From an uncultured Candidatus Saccharibacteria bacterium (lineage in GTDB: Bacteria > Patescibacteriota > CPR2 > UBA1875 > CAIMLA01), in assembly GCA_964594415.1 (NCBI GenBank), contig CAZQLQ010000001.1, positions 28,850 to 92,849 of the forward strand: DNA of 64,000 nucleotides, in the 5' to 3' direction. Every line of letters begins with the position of its first letter. Within the stretch, counting starts at the first letter, position 1. The translations under genes and the position numbers were made by a program. The notes below the pieces were generated by a model. That model saw nothing but the letters and a program-made list of their open reading frames with translations. It ran no database searches and had not been told where the DNA came from. Positions 1 through 9,433 of the stretch are shown piece after piece.

Positions 1-415
1 TGGGGACATAGATCCGTCGCTTATATTTTATTTGATGGAAGAAATGAATATTTCTGCTGAAGAAGTAACAGCGCTTCTTAATAAGAAAAGTGGTTTGCTT
101 GGCATCTCTGGAATTAGCAATGATATTCGTCCTATCGAAGAAGCAGCTGAAAAAGGCGACAAAAGAGCACAGCTCGCGCTTGATATGTTTATCTATGCGG
201 TAAAAAAATTTATGGGATCTTTTATATTCATTATGGGGGGAGTGGATGCAATTATCTTTACTGCCGGTATAGGTGAGAACGATCCTTATGTAAGAGCGGA
301 AGTTACAAGTGATTTAGAATTTTTGAAGGAAAAACCTGAGATTATGGTAATTCCTACAAACGAAGAATTGATGATTGCTGTTCTTACTAATGAAGTAATA
401 ACAACAGCTAAATAA
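1..415 (+). CDS. ackA: Acetate kinase, C-terminal part (5' truncated by window)
   Basis: Frame open from base 2 (GDIDPS...). Motifs [35 protein letters not shown]. Confidence 0.95.
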   Translation, partial: GDIDPSLIFYLMEEMNISAEEVTALLNKKSGLLGISGISNDIRPIEEAAEKGDKRAQLALDMFIYAVKKFMGSFIFIMGGVDAIIFTAGIGENDPYVRAEVTSDLEFLKEKPEIMVIPTNEELMIAVLTNEVITTAK

Positions 416-800
416 TATTGCCCGAGTAGTAACAAGAGTTACTAAGTCATAGCCATCCCGAGATTGTCGAGGGATCTCTTTTGGGCCTAGATCCTTCGAA
501 TCGCTTAGTTTCCTCAGGATGACAATACTATCGTTCGAGGCGAAGCCGAGAACTATCTTGTAACTTCTCGCTTTGCTCGAAGAATAATTTTTCGTGTCAT
601 CCCTGATGCCAAACCAGTAATTATATAAAGACGTCATTCTGACCGACGATTCCGATGAGCTCGTGTCGGACTCCGTCGGAGAGCTTGTCGAAGAATCTAG
701 ATTCCCGTGTCAAGCACGAGAATGACGATAGGCAGAGACCCTTCGAATCGCTTCGCTCCCTTAGCATGACAGATATTTTGTATGGATTCCTGGAATGATG
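416..800. repeat. Mosaic of REP-like palindromic repeats (GTCATCC/GTCATTC...GGATGAC/GAATGAC family plus TTCGA..GAGAA family)
   Basis: Inverted pairs such as GCCATCCCGAG..GAGGGATCT / AGATCCTTCG..CTCAGGATGAC. 633-698 matches 41249-41314 at 57/66 nt; 531-588 matches units at 41541-41620. Confidence 0.8.
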
Positions 801-890
801 CGCCTTTCTTTACTTCTATTATCAGTTGTGATATAAAGTTGAAGATTTTCTTGCGGATGCTCATTAAAAATTTTGATTGGAGGACGAGAT

Positions 891-1337
891 ATGCTTAATG
901 CCGAAGAATTAAGACTTTTTGCCGATAGCTTTCCCGCCTATGCAGAAATTGTTCTGAAGCCAATTGTTTTGTTAACAGAGATCGACCTTTCTCTATCAAC
1001 AGTAGTGCGGAATATCATTGGGTATATGATGGAAGACGGCTTGTTTTCCTATAGGCACTTAGAGAAGAATGAAGAATTAAGAGAAGAAGTCAAAATAGCA
1101 ATTTTGATTATGTTGGATTCAACAGAAAACAAAAACATAGTTAATATTTCCTTCCGACAGAAACCTGGTTTTGATTTCAAGATGTTTCCAACATATATAT
1201 CTGGATTAAACTTAAAAATTATTATTCATGGGGTAATCGTTCAGTCGTTTATAACAAAGGAATCTTGTGAAGGTTATCTGCATCTTACTAGTCCAGAGAC
1301 CCTACATGATTTAATTGTTTCTGCCGACAATTTATAA
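891..1337 (+). CDS. Hypothetical protein
   Basis: ORF with GGAGGA RBS before ATG 891 (track start TTG 873); no recognisable motif. Confidence 0.65.
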   Translation: MLNAEELRLFADSFPAYAEIVLKPIVLLTEIDLSLSTVVRNIIGYMMEDGLFSYRHLEKNEELREEVKIAILIMLDSTENKNIVNISFRQKPGFDFKMFPTYISGLNLKIIIHGVIVQSFITKESCEGYLHLTSPETLHDLIVSADNL

Positions 1338-1363
1338 AGATTTGCTAAGGAGGATGAAAGGAA

Positions 1364-1735
1364 ATGTTTTTATTTTTAAAAATGAGAAATGGAGAAACTG
1401 AGATTCTAAATCCTGATTCAGCAGACAAAGCTTTCTCTGCTCTGGGGATCACGCCTAAAGATTTACTTGGAGAGAAGAACAGCTATATGAATGACTTTTT
1501 AAAGAAATATCGTGAAATAGAGATTCTGAAGCGATCTGAAAAGCTGATGGAAGAACTAAGAGAGGCGGAGGAGCTCCAAAAAGCATATCATTCTTTTAAT
1601 AAGCAACCCGCCCCTAACCGTTCTAATTGTCACAGCTCTCATTCCTCTTCCGCTTTTTGTGGTGGCGGAGGTGGCGGTGGCGGTGGTGGCGGTGGCGGCG
1701 GCGGCGGCGGCGGAGGTGGCGGTGGCCAGCGGTAA
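1364..1735 (+). CDS. Hypothetical protein with 22-Gly C-terminal tail
   Basis: AAGGA RBS; GGN x22 at 1661-1726. Confidence 0.7.
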   Translation: MFLFLKMRNGETEILNPDSADKAFSALGITPKDLLGEKNSYMNDFLKKYREIEILKRSEKLMEELREAEELQKAYHSFNKQPAPNRSNCHSSHSSSAFCGGGGGGGGGGGGGGGGGGGGGGQR

Positions 1736-1761
1736 CCCTCAGTAAAATTTTAATGCAAGCC

Positions 1762-2997
1762 CTATTTGTCTGTAATAGGGCTTTTTTCTATTTTTTTATG
1801 TTCTAGAACCAATATCTCACGCCCTACGAATTGGTCAGGACGAGCGTATGTCAAATTCCCTCTGCCCGGTAATGCTATTTTTACTGAGGCCGGGAGGGGT
1901 CTGATTCTTAAAAAGCCCAATTCCTCAATTCTGTCCATGATAGGCAGATAAAAATATTCTTTGTCAACAATAAAGAATGGAATAGCCAGAACTATACGAC
2001 CATTTTCCGAAAGCATTTCTTTGAAGTTTTTTAGAACTTCAATGTAAAATTCTGCTAAATTTTTTGTGTCGTTTATCGCTTTTTCGCGGTCTCTTTTTAT
2101 TGGTTCTCCGAGGTACCCCTCGGCAACGATTCCGTCAGATTTTACCAACTTTTTTGGGGTCAAAATGTCGCTAGTGAACAAGTTTTCTAATGGAAAATTG
2201 TCTGAACTAAAATTTTGAACAAACCATCTTAAATTTTGCTCAGAATCGGTAATAAAATCAGGATTTAAATCGCTTCCAAAGACATTTTTGTAACCTAAAA
2301 ACAGTGCCTCTTGGAGGACGGTTCCGCTCCCGCAAAACGGGTCATAAATCACACCTTCTTTTGGGGTTTCGGAAAGATTGATCATTATCTGGGCAAGTTT
2401 TGGGGGAAGCATTCCATTCCTGTCATTTCGTCTTGGTCTGCCGAAATCTCTTTTGGAATAAGATTTATAGTCTTGGACTGAAATAGTTTTTCCGACGATG
2501 AAGTTTTCTTTTCCTTCAACTAAAATTATTTCAAAACCGGTTTCAAGCAATTTATTTTCATTCACTATAACGCTAGAAAGTCCTAATTGTTTCCCTGTAA
2601 CAAACCGCGCCCTGAAATTATTATTTAATAGATATTCCTTCAAGTCGATTCCTAGCTGGAAAATAAAATTTTTAGAAATATTACCATATCCAGAAATCCC
2701 AAAGTTGACCCTTTTTTCCTTTCTAGTTCCTTTAAAATTATCGGTAACAAGACTAAAAAGGTCGCTTTCGTTTGCGTTTAGATTTAATACGGAGAACAAT
2801 TTGATGGTTCCCCCTAAGGTATTTATATCAAAGTCATTAATTTCGCTTCCGTATGAGGAAACGATTAGTATGTTTCCGCTTTGAAAAACTACCTCAAATT
2901 CAATATAAAATCTGCGTAGAGCAGAGTTTATCTCGGCTATACTAATGGCGATATCTTTCCCAAGAACAAAGCCTAAATAGTTTTTTCCATCATTCAT
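1762..2997 (-). CDS. Trm11/THUMP-type SAM-dependent RNA methyltransferase
   Basis: GMLPPKLAQIMINL, YDPFCGSGT SAM-binding motif, GSD. Confidence 0.8.
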   Translation of the reverse strand: MNDGKNYLGFVLGKDIAISIAEINSALRRFYIEFEVVFQSGNILIVSSYGSEINDFDINTLGGTIKLFSVLNLNANESDLFSLVTDNFKGTRKEKRVNFGISGYGNISKNFIFQLGIDLKEYLLNNNFRARFVTGKQLGLSSVIVNENKLLETGFEIILVEGKENFIVGKTISVQDYKSYSKRDFGRPRRNDRNGMLPPKLAQIMINLSETPKEGVIYDPFCGSGTVLQEALFLGYKNVFGSDLNPDFITDSEQNLRWFVQNFSSDNFPLENLFTSDILTPKKLVKSDGIVAEGYLGEPIKRDREKAINDTKNLAEFYIEVLKNFKEMLSENGRIVLAIPFFIVDKEYFYLPIMDRIEELGFLRIRPLPASVKIALPGRGNLTYARPDQFVGREILVLEHKKIEKSPITDK

Positions 2998-3043
2998 ATC
3001 GGGAATTATAGCAAAACTAATGAAAAATTACGAGTAAAAGAGA

Positions 3044-3072
3044 TTGAAAATCTCGCACAAATAAGTTATAAT
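3044..3072 (+). promoter_or_regulatory. Sigma70 promoter for the tRNA-Arg/Lys unit
   Basis: TTGAAA (3044-49), 17-bp spacer, TATAAT (3067-72). Confidence 0.6.
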
Positions 3073-3237
3073 CTAATAGCTTTGTGAATCTATAAGTCGA
3101 GCTTAATTTATAAGAGAATGACTGTCTTATTCGCAACAAGTGTTCCTAAATCATAGATCTTTAAGAAGGAAGAAGTCGCGTAAAGGTAAAATAAACCGTA
3201 ATAGCTACTTGTCCGGCCTGGAAGCGGATTTGGACGA

Positions 3238-3313
3238 GCGCTCGTAGCTCAGGGGATAGAGCAGTAGCCTTCTAAGCTATTGGCCGGAGGTTCGAATCCT
3301 CCCGAGCGCGCCA
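3238..3313 (+). tRNA. tRNA-Arg(TCT)
   Basis: GCGCTCG/CGAGCGC acceptor stem, anticodon loop CT-TCT-AA, GGTTCGAATCC T-arm, encoded CCA. Confidence 0.97.
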
Positions 3314-3470
3314 CGTCGCAATTTGCTGGCAGGTTGCGCAGATTAGCCGAAGGCTAACTGCTTCACCTTTTCACTATTGCTCCTTTTCCGAAAAAATTAA
3401 AAATTTTTTCGGCGAGAGAACGGTAAATAAGCAAATTTTTTGGAAACAAAAAAATTCGCGAAATATTCGC

Positions 3471-3546
3471 GGGCCTGTAGCTCAGTCGGTAGAGCAATTG
3501 CCTCTTAAGCAACTGGTCGTGGGTTCGAGTCCCACCAGGCCCTCCA
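3471..3546 (+). tRNA. tRNA-Lys(CTT)
   Basis: GGGCCTG/CAGGCCC acceptor stem, CT-CTT-AA loop, GGTTCGAGTCC, encoded CCA. Confidence 0.97.
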
Positions 3547-3768
3547 TTCTTCGCACATTAATTTGGTATAAATAAAAAGAAGAATGTCCTGAGCGTAGTC
3601 GAAGGACAAGTAAGCTTTGTAAGCAAAGCTGTTTTATTTTTTTCGTATTTATTCCGTGGTCAACAAAATCAGATAAATTTTGTCGATAATAATAAAGAAG
3701 TCCACACTTGAAAATCTAAAAGTTATGTTATTATACATTGAGAATAAAAATAAATTAGGAGATAAATT

Positions 3769-4287
3769 ATGTCAGAAGAAACAAAGACACCACAAGAATC
3801 AAGAGATATTACGACAATTCTAATTGTTGCAGCCATCATTATTTTGGCTTGTATTATCGGTTTTGCATGGAATAAATCAAATAAGGACGAAGAAGCGAAT
3901 GCAAATACCACCACTACGACTATTGTAGAGACAGCAAAAGATGCAGGCGCAATGGGATCAAATGAAATCAGCATAACATCCGATAACTTTTCTGAGAAAG
4001 TAGAGAAGTCAGATAAGCTTGTTGTTGTTGATATGTTTATGCCTTCCTGTCCGCATTGCAAAGATTACGCTCCTAACTTTACAGCTGTCGCCGATGAATA
4101 TTCTGGAAAAGCAGTCGTATTTGGCAAAATGGATCTTTCGGTAGCTTCTAATAATAAATTTGCAAATGATATGGGGATTAACAGTGTTCCAACAACTTTG
4201 ATCTACAAAGATGGCAGTCAAGTGTCAAAAATGGTTGGGTCAAAAACCCCTGATGAGCTAAAGGCAGAGATTGGTAAATATCTTTAA
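3769..4287 (+). CDS. Membrane-anchored thioredoxin family protein
   Basis: N-terminal TM helix, Thr linker, CPHC active site, cis-Pro motif SVPT. Confidence 0.9.
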   Translation: MSEETKTPQESRDITTILIVAAIIILACIIGFAWNKSNKDEEANANTTTTTIVETAKDAGAMGSNEISITSDNFSEKVEKSDKLVVVDMFMPSCPHCKDYAPNFTAVADEYSGKAVVFGKMDLSVASNNKFANDMGINSVPTTLIYKDGSQVSKMVGSKTPDELKAEIGKYL

Positions 4288-4292
4288 TTGAA

Positions 4293-4318
4293 AAAAGCGC
4301 CCCTTGCGGGGCGCTTTT
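4293..4318. terminator. Bidirectional intrinsic terminator
   Basis: AAAAGCGCCCC-TTGC-GGGGCGCTTTT between convergent genes. Confidence 0.85.
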
Positions 4319-4331
4319 AGATTTTTTATAA

Positions 4332-4721
4332 TTATTTTTGTTTTTTCTCGTAATAATCGAGAAGTTCTTTTACTCTAACTGCGACTTCGAGCGGGGTAAG
4401 TTCGGACTTGATCAGATACTCTGTTGCCCCCAGTTTATATATCTGTTCTGCGGTTTTTTCATCTGCAAGGTTGGTAAGAACAATTACTAAAAGTTCACTT
4501 AGCTCAGGATCTTGCTTCACCTGCCTTAGTACTTCAAAACCATCAACCAGTGGCATCATTATATCGAGTAGTAAGACATCGGGTTGAATCCTTTTTATTT
4601 CGTCTAATGCGCTTTGACCATCCTCTACCGAGAAAACTTCAAACCCCTCCAATCCAAATTTTAGTTTATACATATCTAGAAGTTGGATATCATCTTCAGC
4701 TATCAATATCTTTGTTGCCAT
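4332..4721 (-). CDS. Stand-alone response regulator receiver (CheY-like)
   Basis: ILIAEDD, LLDIMMP phospho-Asp, VLTN, YLIK; no output domain. Confidence 0.93.
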   Translation of the reverse strand: MATKILIAEDDIQLLDMYKLKFGLEGFEVFSVEDGQSALDEIKRIQPDVLLLDIMMPLVDGFEVLRQVKQDPELSELLVIVLTNLADEKTAEQIYKLGATEYLIKSELTPLEVAVRVKELLDYYEKKQK

Positions 4722-4816
4722 TGTTTCATTTTCCTCTTTTTATTATAATAATTCTATCTCAATTTAGCCGAATTACCAAGCTTTTATAAATTAAACTTTA
4801 ATTATAAGGGTCAAAT

Positions 4817-6565
4817 ATGTCAAGCTCAGAAAAGGTTTTTTCCCCAAAGAATATTTTTGAATTGTTCTTGAATAGCGCGGAAAAATATCATAAGAAGGAA
4901 GCGCTTCGATATAAGACAGGACATTATTATGAACATTTGAGATACGAAGACTTAAAGAATGAGGTAATTTCCTTAGCAGTATCTTTAAGAAAAATGGGGC
5001 TTAAAAAAGGAGACAGGGTAATCTTGTTTTCTGAGAATAGGCCAGAATGGGTAATTTGTGATTTAGCATTTGCAGCAATCGGAGTAGTAAACGTTCCTGT
5101 TCATGTCGTTCTCTCGGTGCCTCAGTTTGTAGATATAATTAATGAAATAGAGCCGAAGGTTTTGTTTTTCTCTGGAAACAGTTCCTTGGAAAAAATCTTA
5201 GAGGCTTATAAACTGATAAACAGAATTCCTTGTACGATCTCCTATGAAAAGATTAGTTCTGAAAGAATTAGCAATTTAATCTTCTTTAAAGAGCTTATTT
5301 CGCATAAACCTTCAAAAAAAGAGGAACTGTCAGTAATAGAGCATTCTGGAGAGGTAGGGCCTACTGATCTTATTAGTATTACTTACACTTCGGGGTCTAC
5401 CGGACATCCGAAAGGCGTTAAGCTAACCCACGGGAACATAATTGAAAATATTAAATCAATAATGGATTCCTATCAAGATGATATAAAGCCAGAGGATAGG
5501 CTCTTTTCCGTTTTGCCATTGTCGCACATATTTGAAAGGACTGCGGGATATTATGTGCCATTTTGTTATGGTGCGAGTATATCTTATTGTATTGATTTAA
5601 CTGACTTTTCAAATGAGATTAAAGATATTAGGCCTACTATAATTCTTGCTGTTCCGAGACTTTTTGAAAAAATGTATGATCAAATATTAATGAAGGCAGA
5701 AGCAAATATTCTTTCAAAAATTTTATTTCGATATGCTATTTACGTTAGAACTAAAAATAGAAACAGGGTTCTTGTTGATGCGTTTGACAAATTGGTTTTT
5801 AGCAAAATTAGAAAAAACTTGGGTGGAGAGATTAGATTTTTTGTTTCAGGTGGCGCACCACTCTCACAAGAATTAGCTGAGTTTTTTGAAAAAGTAGGTC
5901 TAATTATTTTAGAAGGGTATGGACTCACTGAAACATCTCCGGTCATAGCTAGTACCAGACTAAGAGATTACCGTTTCGGGACTGTGGGCCCTGTTGTTTC
6001 GGGAGTAGATATTAGTTTCGGTAGAAACAGCGAGATCTTTGTTAAAGGGCCAAATGTATTTAGTGGATATATAAATGAAGATGATAATAAGACTTGCTTT
6101 GTTGACGGCTGGTTTAGAACAGGAGATCTTGGGCATCTCGATAGGGGAGGATGCCTAGTAATTACTGGGAGAAGGAAGGAAATGATCGTTCTTTCTACAG
6201 GGAAAAAGGTAATACCAACGACAGTAGAGGATGCCCTCGAGGATAGTGTTTATATAGAACAAGCATTTGTCTGGGGGGAAGGAAAGAAACATATTTGTGC
6301 TTTAATCGTCCCTAATTTTGAGGCGCTAAGTAGTAAGTTTAAAAAACCTACACACGAGTTAGTAGGGAATAAGGCCGTAAACTCTCTTGTCGCACTTGAA
6401 GTAAAAGAAAGAACCAAGGACTTGGCTTCTTACGAAAAAGTTAACAAGTTTGAGGTTATCAGTAATCCCTTTACCATTGATAACGGTGAACTTACTCCCA
6501 CAATGAAGCTAAGAAGGCACGTAATATATAAAAGATACAGTGACCTGATCGAAGAAATGTATTAG
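4817..6565 (+). CDS. Long-chain fatty acid-CoA ligase (AMP-dependent synthetase, FadD-like)
   Basis: YTSGSTGHPKGV, LPLSHIFER, EGYGLTE, GWFRTGDLG, GELTPTMKLRR. Confidence 0.92.
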   Translation: MSSSEKVFSPKNIFELFLNSAEKYHKKEALRYKTGHYYEHLRYEDLKNEVISLAVSLRKMGLKKGDRVILFSENRPEWVICDLAFAAIGVVNVPVHVVLSVPQFVDIINEIEPKVLFFSGNSSLEKILEAYKLINRIPCTISYEKISSERISNLIFFKELISHKPSKKEELSVIEHSGEVGPTDLISITYTSGSTGHPKGVKLTHGNIIENIKSIMDSYQDDIKPEDRLFSVLPLSHIFERTAGYYVPFCYGASISYCIDLTDFSNEIKDIRPTIILAVPRLFEKMYDQILMKAEANILSKILFRYAIYVRTKNRNRVLVDAFDKLVFSKIRKNLGGEIRFFVSGGAPLSQELAEFFEKVGLIILEGYGLTETSPVIASTRLRDYRFGTVGPVVSGVDISFGRNSEIFVKGPNVFSGYINEDDNKTCFVDGWFRTGDLGHLDRGGCLVITGRRKEMIVLSTGKKVIPTTVEDALEDSVYIEQAFVWGEGKKHICALIVPNFEALSSKFKKPTHELVGNKAVNSLVALEVKERTKDLASYEKVNKFEVISNPFTIDNGELTPTMKLRRHVIYKRYSDLIEEMY

Positions 6566-6577
6566 AATTGGTTTATT

Positions 6578-7459
6578 ATGGAAAATGCTATAGAAGTAAA
6601 AAAGTTAAAGAAAACATTTGGCAAAGTTATTGCCGTGGAAGATGTTTCTTTTGAGATAAAAGAAGCCGAGATTTTTGGTTTTTTAGGACCTAATGGGGCG
6701 GGCAAAACAACAACAATACGCTGTATTATGGATTTTATAAGACCAACTGAAGGAGAAATTTTAATAAACGGGATTGATGCGCAGAAGAATTCCGTAAAAG
6801 CCAAAGAGATAATCGGTTATCTTTCTGGCAACGTAAGACTATACGGCAGTTGGACAGGAAGAGATCATATAGACTTTATTGAAAGCATTCGAGGAAAATC
6901 AAAAAATGTTAATGAGCTCATTAAAAAACTCGATTTTAATCCAAATGTGAAATTTCATAATCTATCAAGCGGTAACAAGCAGAAGTTGGGACTGATTATA
7001 GCTCTTATGTCAGATCCGAAAATCTTAATAATGGACGAACCTACGGTAGGTCTCGACCCCTTGCTTCAAAATACGATTTATGAGATATTGCTCGATCTGA
7101 AGAAAGAGGGCGTAACTATACTTATCTCTTCTCATAATCTCAGTGAAGTTGAAAAGCTTTGTGACAAGGTAGGTATTATAAAACAGGGTAGGATGGTCGC
7201 GGTCGAACCCATAAATGAACTTGGCGAGAAGAAATTACATAGGGTAGAAGTAACGTTTGAGAGTAAATTTGAAGCCCCGGATTTTAATATTCAGGGGATT
7301 GAGAGAATTGATGAAATAAAAGATGGTCTGAGTTTCACTGTCAGCGGTGACATAAACCCACTAATTAAAAAATTAGCCGGTTACAAGCTGCAAGACATCC
7401 AAATTTCTCATGCAAGCCTAGAAGACGTATTCTTGAAATTTTACGGGAGGGAGAAATAA
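6578..7459 (+). CDS. ABC exporter ATP-binding protein
   Basis: Walker A GPNGAGKTT, signature LSSGNKQ, Walker B LIMDEP, H-loop SSH. Confidence 0.95.
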   Translation: MENAIEVKKLKKTFGKVIAVEDVSFEIKEAEIFGFLGPNGAGKTTTIRCIMDFIRPTEGEILINGIDAQKNSVKAKEIIGYLSGNVRLYGSWTGRDHIDFIESIRGKSKNVNELIKKLDFNPNVKFHNLSSGNKQKLGLIIALMSDPKILIMDEPTVGLDPLLQNTIYEILLDLKKEGVTILISSHNLSEVEKLCDKVGIIKQGRMVAVEPINELGEKKLHRVEVTFESKFEAPDFNIQGIERIDEIKDGLSFTVSGDINPLIKKLAGYKLQDIQISHASLEDVFLKFYGREK

Positions 7460-8268
7460 TGTTAGGTATTTTTTTTCGTTCTCTCAAAAATAATCGAAAC
7501 CAATTGGTTATTTATAGTTTGGCAAGCATAGCTTTTCTAGAGATTTATATCGCGATGTTTCCTATGATGAAAAGTCAAACAGAACAGTTGACGGAACTCC
7601 TTAAGATGTATCCGGAGTCTTTCATGAAGGCTTTTGGGTTTGATACGAGTCAGCTTCTGTTTGATAAAATAGGGGCTTTTTTGGCTACGGAGCAATTTAC
7701 CTTTATGTGGCCAATAATGGCTATTCTATTTCTGGTCTCTTATTCAAATTCTTGTATAGCGGGAGAAGTAGACAAAGGGACGATGGAAATGATTCTTTCA
7801 CAACCGGTATCCAGAATAAAGATCTTTATAGTCCGTTATTTGGCTGGACTAACAAACTTTTTAATATTTACGTTTGTATCTGTATTTGCAGTTGTTCCTT
7901 TGACTCTAATGCATGGAATTGAATTTGATATAAAAAGTTTAACCATATTTTTTTTAGAAGCATTTTTATTTGGTTTAGCGATTTATAGCTTGTCAATGTT
8001 TAGCTCTTCAATGTTCTCCGATAAAGGCAAGGCAAGTCTAGTTACTTCTGGAGTTCTTATAATAATGTACGTTGCAAATATAGTGGCGGGATTAAAAGAT
8101 AGCTTTTCTGATCTAAAGTATTTCTCATTTTTCCACTATTACAACCCTTCTTCAGCTCTTGTAAAAAATACTATTCCCGATTGGACTGTTCTAGTGTTTT
8201 TGGGATTTTCGTTAGTAATGTTTATATCTGCAATATTTTGGTTCAATAAGAGGGATATAGCGGTTTAA
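7459..8268 (+). CDS. ABC-2 type permease
   Basis: About 6 TM helices, IAGEVDKGTMEMILSQPVSR, terminal FNKRD; TAATG coupling to the ATPase. Confidence 0.9.
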   Translation: MLGIFFRSLKNNRNQLVIYSLASIAFLEIYIAMFPMMKSQTEQLTELLKMYPESFMKAFGFDTSQLLFDKIGAFLATEQFTFMWPIMAILFLVSYSNSCIAGEVDKGTMEMILSQPVSRIKIFIVRYLAGLTNFLIFTFVSVFAVVPLTLMHGIEFDIKSLTIFFLEAFLFGLAIYSLSMFSSSMFSDKGKASLVTSGVLIIMYVANIVAGLKDSFSDLKYFSFFHYYNPSSALVKNTIPDWTVLVFLGFSLVMFISAIFWFNKRDIAV

Positions 8269-8276
8269 ATCCTGAA

Positions 8277-9068
8277 ATGAAAAAGTATTTTAGAAAAATT
8301 GAAAAAGTTAAAGTCGGAAAAAATCATGGTAAGAAGATTTTTTTTGCCGAATTAATTAAAAATCCTCATAAAAATATTTCAAATGAAAAACGAACAGAAC
8401 TTTTAAAGGAAGTTCAATTCTTATCAAAAAAAGGTTGGGGCGATTTCGATAATCTTTATCTTAAAAAAGGAATTCTAAAATCATTTTTACTTTGTTTGTT
8501 ACGAGATGAGAACAATAGTTTAGTTGGAATGACGGCTATTAAAAAAAATAAAATATTTAATCGTGATGTTTATTCGATCGGTTTGTCTGTCGTTGATCCA
8601 GATTTTAGAGGTCTAGACCTATTAACTAGAATGGCTGTTATATTAATAAAGCGCATATTTATGGAGAGTGTTTTTAGGGGTAATTTTACAATTGAAGTTA
8701 TCTTCATTACTCCAAATATTCGTACAATGGGAGCGATTGCAAGAGAGGCGGATTTCATTTATCCAAATCCGTATGATTTTAATGAAAAAAAACAAAGTAT
8801 AGATGAGGCTGATGAAGAAACCTGGAAAACAGTAAAAGAATACCTTAGAGTTACGAAAGAAGAATATAGAAGGCTAGATAGGGAGGGTTGTGTAATGGAG
8901 GGGTTTTATGATACCAGGCCGCATTTGATTGTTAAAGAAAATGAGCATTTAGATAAAAAGTTGAATAGTTTTGGAAGGAAATATCTTTATTCTTCACCGG
9001 GTAAGGAGATCGTAGTCAGAGCCAAGATTGGCTTAGGGGCTTTGATCAGAAATGTTACTAGCCTTTGA
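8277..9068 (+). CDS. GNAT-fold (acyl)transferase-like protein
   Basis: LVG strand then IGLSVVDPDFRGLDL, resembling GNAT acyl-CoA-binding motif A. Confidence 0.6.
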   Translation: MKKYFRKIEKVKVGKNHGKKIFFAELIKNPHKNISNEKRTELLKEVQFLSKKGWGDFDNLYLKKGILKSFLLCLLRDENNSLVGMTAIKKNKIFNRDVYSIGLSVVDPDFRGLDLLTRMAVILIKRIFMESVFRGNFTIEVIFITPNIRTMGAIAREADFIYPNPYDFNEKKQSIDEADEETWKTVKEYLRVTKEEYRRLDREGCVMEGFYDTRPHLIVKENEHLDKKLNSFGRKYLYSSPGKEIVVRAKIGLGALIRNVTSL

Positions 9069-9095
9069 AAAATAAGGTAAAATCTAGGATTTTGT

Positions 9096-9416
9096 ATGTT
9101 TAAAAATATTAAGACAAAATATAATAGTATTCCTGAGAAATATGGTGTAAGCCCCGTAACATTTATGGTTTTATATATAGGAACATCCCCATTGTTCTTA
9201 TATTTTTTGTACCTAGTTATTAAGCATCACAAAAACACTGAAGCTTTTTTAATATATCTAATGGTTGATTTAGTAATTTTTGTTTTACCATTTATATATG
9301 TTTTGTTCTTTGGAAAAAATTTTCCGAAGAAATTCTATCCTGTTTTTTGGATAATATTTACCCTAATTATAATAATATCATTTAGGGAAATATGGCCATT
9401 GTTATTAAATCGATAA
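9096..9416 (+). CDS. Small membrane protein (about 3 TM)
   Basis: Three hydrophobic stretches; within operon. Confidence 0.7.
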   Translation: MFKNIKTKYNSIPEKYGVSPVTFMVLYIGTSPLFLYFLYLVIKHHKNTEAFLIYLMVDLVIFVLPFIYVLFFGKNFPKKFYPVFWIIFTLIIIISFREIWPLLLNR

Positions 9417-9433
9417 AACTATAATATGTATAT

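Noticed and set aside
314-637. 107-aa minus-strand ORF (also 41542-41754 on the plus strand)
   Set aside because: Runs through palindromic repeat DNA, no RBS or protein motif
3140-3247. Short basic ORF (VFLNHRSLRRKKSRKGK...) in the tRNA leader
   Set aside because: No RBS, ends inside tRNA-Arg, no family recognised
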